Source: Takakia lepidozioides
Lineage: Eukaryota > Plantae > Bryophyta
Assembly (NCBI GenBank): GCA_030704615.1
Contig: CM060734.1
Location: 16,678,001 to 16,742,000 of the forward strand
Reading direction: 5' to 3'
DNA: 64,000 nt
Shown here: positions 63,300 through 64,000 of the stretch, in pieces
Numbering within the stretch: the first letter of the stretch is position 1
Layout of the letters: every line of letters starts with the position of its first letter
Made by a program: the position numbers and the translations under genes
The notes under the pieces: generated by a model
Databases searched by the model: none
Told to the model about the DNA's origin: nothing
Seen by the model: the letters and a program-made list of their open reading frames with translations, nothing else

Positions 63300-64000
63300 T
63301 TAGAAAGTACCTTTCAGTTTCTCAATAAGCTCTTGTAAAGGGAAGAGCAGGCCAGGGAATGAACCACGTTCAAGGAATTTTGTCAAGATACGAGCAAGTT
63401 TTCTGGTCTTGAAACCATTCCTCCCAAGAGTGTTAATCAGACACTCCTTCCCAGCCAGATCAGCATTGCTGGAAATGTATAGAATAGGCACAGCTTGTGA
63501 AATCACAATGTTGTAAGATTGATTCACAGGCCTATTGGATAAGAACTGGATATATTGAGTGTAAGAGAAAGGAAGTAGTCTTCTCTTGTCATATTTCTGG
63601 AAATGGAACTCACATGTGTCACAGTTTGAGACTGTAATCTGGATATTCATGAAACAAGCTTCCAACCCCACGTATTGGGAATCGTTTTTAGTACGTAGTA
63701 GCTCAGGTTTGATCTCCACTACATTGAGTAGGTAGATCCACCAAGGGTTGTTGCTGCTTATGTCTGCCCGTGGGTCCAGGAATAGCATTGCATCACCCAC
63801 ATTTAGCCAGCATATATCATCAATGTATCTGAAGGCAGATTTAAACATAGGCATAAGCTGGAATTGTCCTAAAGCTGCAAGCCTTAAGATGAATTTGATT
63901 TCATAAGAAAGGAAGTACATGTTGCACCATAATGGTGAGCATGAAAAACCCATAGGTATTCCAGAAATCTGCTGCCATACACGGTCCCCTAAGGCGACAA
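63300..64000 (-). CDS. Penelope-like element reverse transcriptase, C-terminal part (5' end outside window)
   Basis: VWQQISGIPMGFSCSPLWCNMY, FRYIDD, thumb YDKRR.LPF..SNRP..SYN..ISQ; stop at 63300 with no C-terminal GIY-YIG. Confidence 0.9.
   Translation of the reverse strand, partial: VALGDRVWQQISGIPMGFSCSPLWCNMYFLSYEIKFILRLAALGQFQLMPMFKSAFRYIDDICWLNVGDAMLFLDPRADISSNNPWWIYLLNVVEIKPELLRTKNDSQYVGLEACFMNIQITVSNCDTCEFHFQKYDKRRLLPFSYTQYIQFLSNRPVNQSYNIVISQAVPILYISSNADLAGKECLINTLGRNGFKTRKLARILTKFLERGSFPGLLFPLQELIEKLKGTF

Overview
Repeat-rich eukaryotic DNA with spliced genes, most likely from a non-seed land plant (moss, hornwort, liverwort, lycophyte or fern; inferred from gene and element types). 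One clear host gene, a multi-exon SPT2 (minus, ~38.2-43.3 kb), sits among nested mobile elements: a Penelope-like retroelement (PLE) family (RT at the right edge plus several copies of its non-coding region), L1-type and RTEX-type LINE remnants, a tRNA-derived SINE, a non-autonomous CACTA element, a long-TIR element, LTR fragments and a decayed MULE/SWIM transposase. Two observations stand out. (1) Two paralogous spliced genes carry a ParB-like domain (IPLCRM...DGNHR). One is fused to a prokaryote-type beta-class N6A/N4C DNA methyltransferase domain; the other faces the MULE transposase. Both are accompanied by arrays of spaced palindromes sharing the core GTCG-N4-CGAC, suggesting a transposon-borne protein plus cognate binding-site system. 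(2) The PLE non-coding region shows no recognisable hammerhead ribozyme but has several conserved structured motifs, including a five-copy covarying hairpin with an invariant core that can form a branch-point-like bulged A. All alignments and translations were done by eye; no database searches were run.
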